Shown here piece by piece: positions 62,986 to 64,000 of a DNA stretch of 64,000 nt. The stretch lies in NCBI RefSeq assembly GCF_009914755.1, contig NC_060946.1; one strand, 5' to 3'. Position 1 is the first letter of the stretch. Every line of letters starts with the position of its first letter. The notes beneath the pieces are model-generated. The model was not told the origin of the DNA. It worked only from the letters and a program-made list of their open reading frames with translations, and made no database searches. A program made the position numbers and the translations under genes. Source of the DNA: the human T2T-CHM13v2.0 reference genome, Homo sapiens.

Positions 62986-64000
62986 TAGGAAATGTGCTCC
63001 TCCTGGTTAGGAACGGCTCTGGTAGCTCTCCCCCGCCCGGGGCCAGCCACCTCCTGGCTTGGTTACACTCCTGCTTGCTTCTGGTCCCCTCGGAGGGGCA
63101 GGGACCCAGGGTCTCTGGTGCTGTGCTGGCACAGTGACAGCCAGGCACACAGCAGGCACTCACTCTGTGAACAGGTGGTCAGGGGGTCACAGGGACACGC
63201 ACAGCCTGACGTTCTGGGGCAGGGTCTGCGCTCAGCTCCGGAGCTCCTCATCCAAGGAGGGGCAAGGGCAGGCTGGGTGCCTGGGCCCAGGGGCACTTGG
63301 GACCCATCTCAGTGGAGAGGCACTGAGGTTGAGGAGTTTCCTAAGAGAGAACTGGGTTGTGTATTTGTGTGTGTGTCCAGGAGAAAGAGAGAGAGACAGA
63401 GACAGAGAGGGTTCCACTAAAACTCTCTGCTCTGAAGGGCTGCCCTGTGGAAGGAAGAGTGCAGGGGAAGGGGGAGTCCAGAGGAAAACTTGAGAGTGGA
63501 CTTTTCAAGGAAAAAGATGTCCCGGAAAGAAAGACTTTGCTCTCAGCTCTGCCTGCACATACAACAGTTCTCCGGGAGTGGGAAGTGGGGAGGGTCCCTT
63601 CACTGTGGGTAGAAGAGGCAGCAAATCTGAAGCCAGTGCCAGAAGGGGGCATGGGCTGGGGGCCTTCTGAGTACTCCTGGTGGCTACAGTCATGGCGCTG
63701 CAGCTGGCCCAGAGCCCTGGGGTGCACGTGGGTGATGACATGGGGCCGGCAGGAAGGAGACATTTATTGACCCACCTGCTGCTTACTGGACATTAAACAA
63801 GCGGCTGAAATGTGTCTCATCCCAGATTGGCTGGCTTTACGGCCGTTCTGACACAGAGCAGATGGGGGCGTGTAGACGAGGCCTGCCAGATCCTGGAGGG
63901 CTCTGCACTCAGTTTCTTCTCCAAGCCATGCTGCTGGCCGGGGCCTGCTGGTCACCCACCCGTGGGAATGAAGGGGGACCACGGAGCCCCAGCTCGGGAC

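Overview
Primate (human-like) non-coding genomic DNA. It is GC-rich, dense in minisatellites and has the character of a distal chromosome arm. I cannot name the locus. I found no credible protein-coding gene: the long ORFs come from simple repeats, VNTRs, Alus, a decayed L1 ORF1 or an inverted duplication. The window holds about 10 Alu copies or fragments, two large old L1 blocks (about 16.4-23.9 kb and 49.9-58.9 kb), L2/MIR remnants, MER53 and MER5 DNA transposons, and several LTRs (MER57-like, MER51-like, MLT1/MLT2 and a full-length LTR13 solo LTR with a 6-bp TSD). It also has at least 10 distinct tandem arrays. The most notable structures are: (1) a 719-bp, about 97-98% identical, indel-free inverted repeat of largely non-transposon DNA around a 331-bp spacer (44459-46227); (2) a 2.6-kb array of a constant 34-bp core with variable spacers and a 564-bp, 13-monomer higher-order repeat, which looks CRISPR-like but sits in L1 sequence (53293-55898); (3) a candidate spliced + strand transcript (exons 37874-37933 and 39745-about 40215) that could encode a 40-aa peptide; (4) a putative retroposed 3' UTR fragment inside L1. 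Repeat family names come from recalled consensus similarity, not from a database search.
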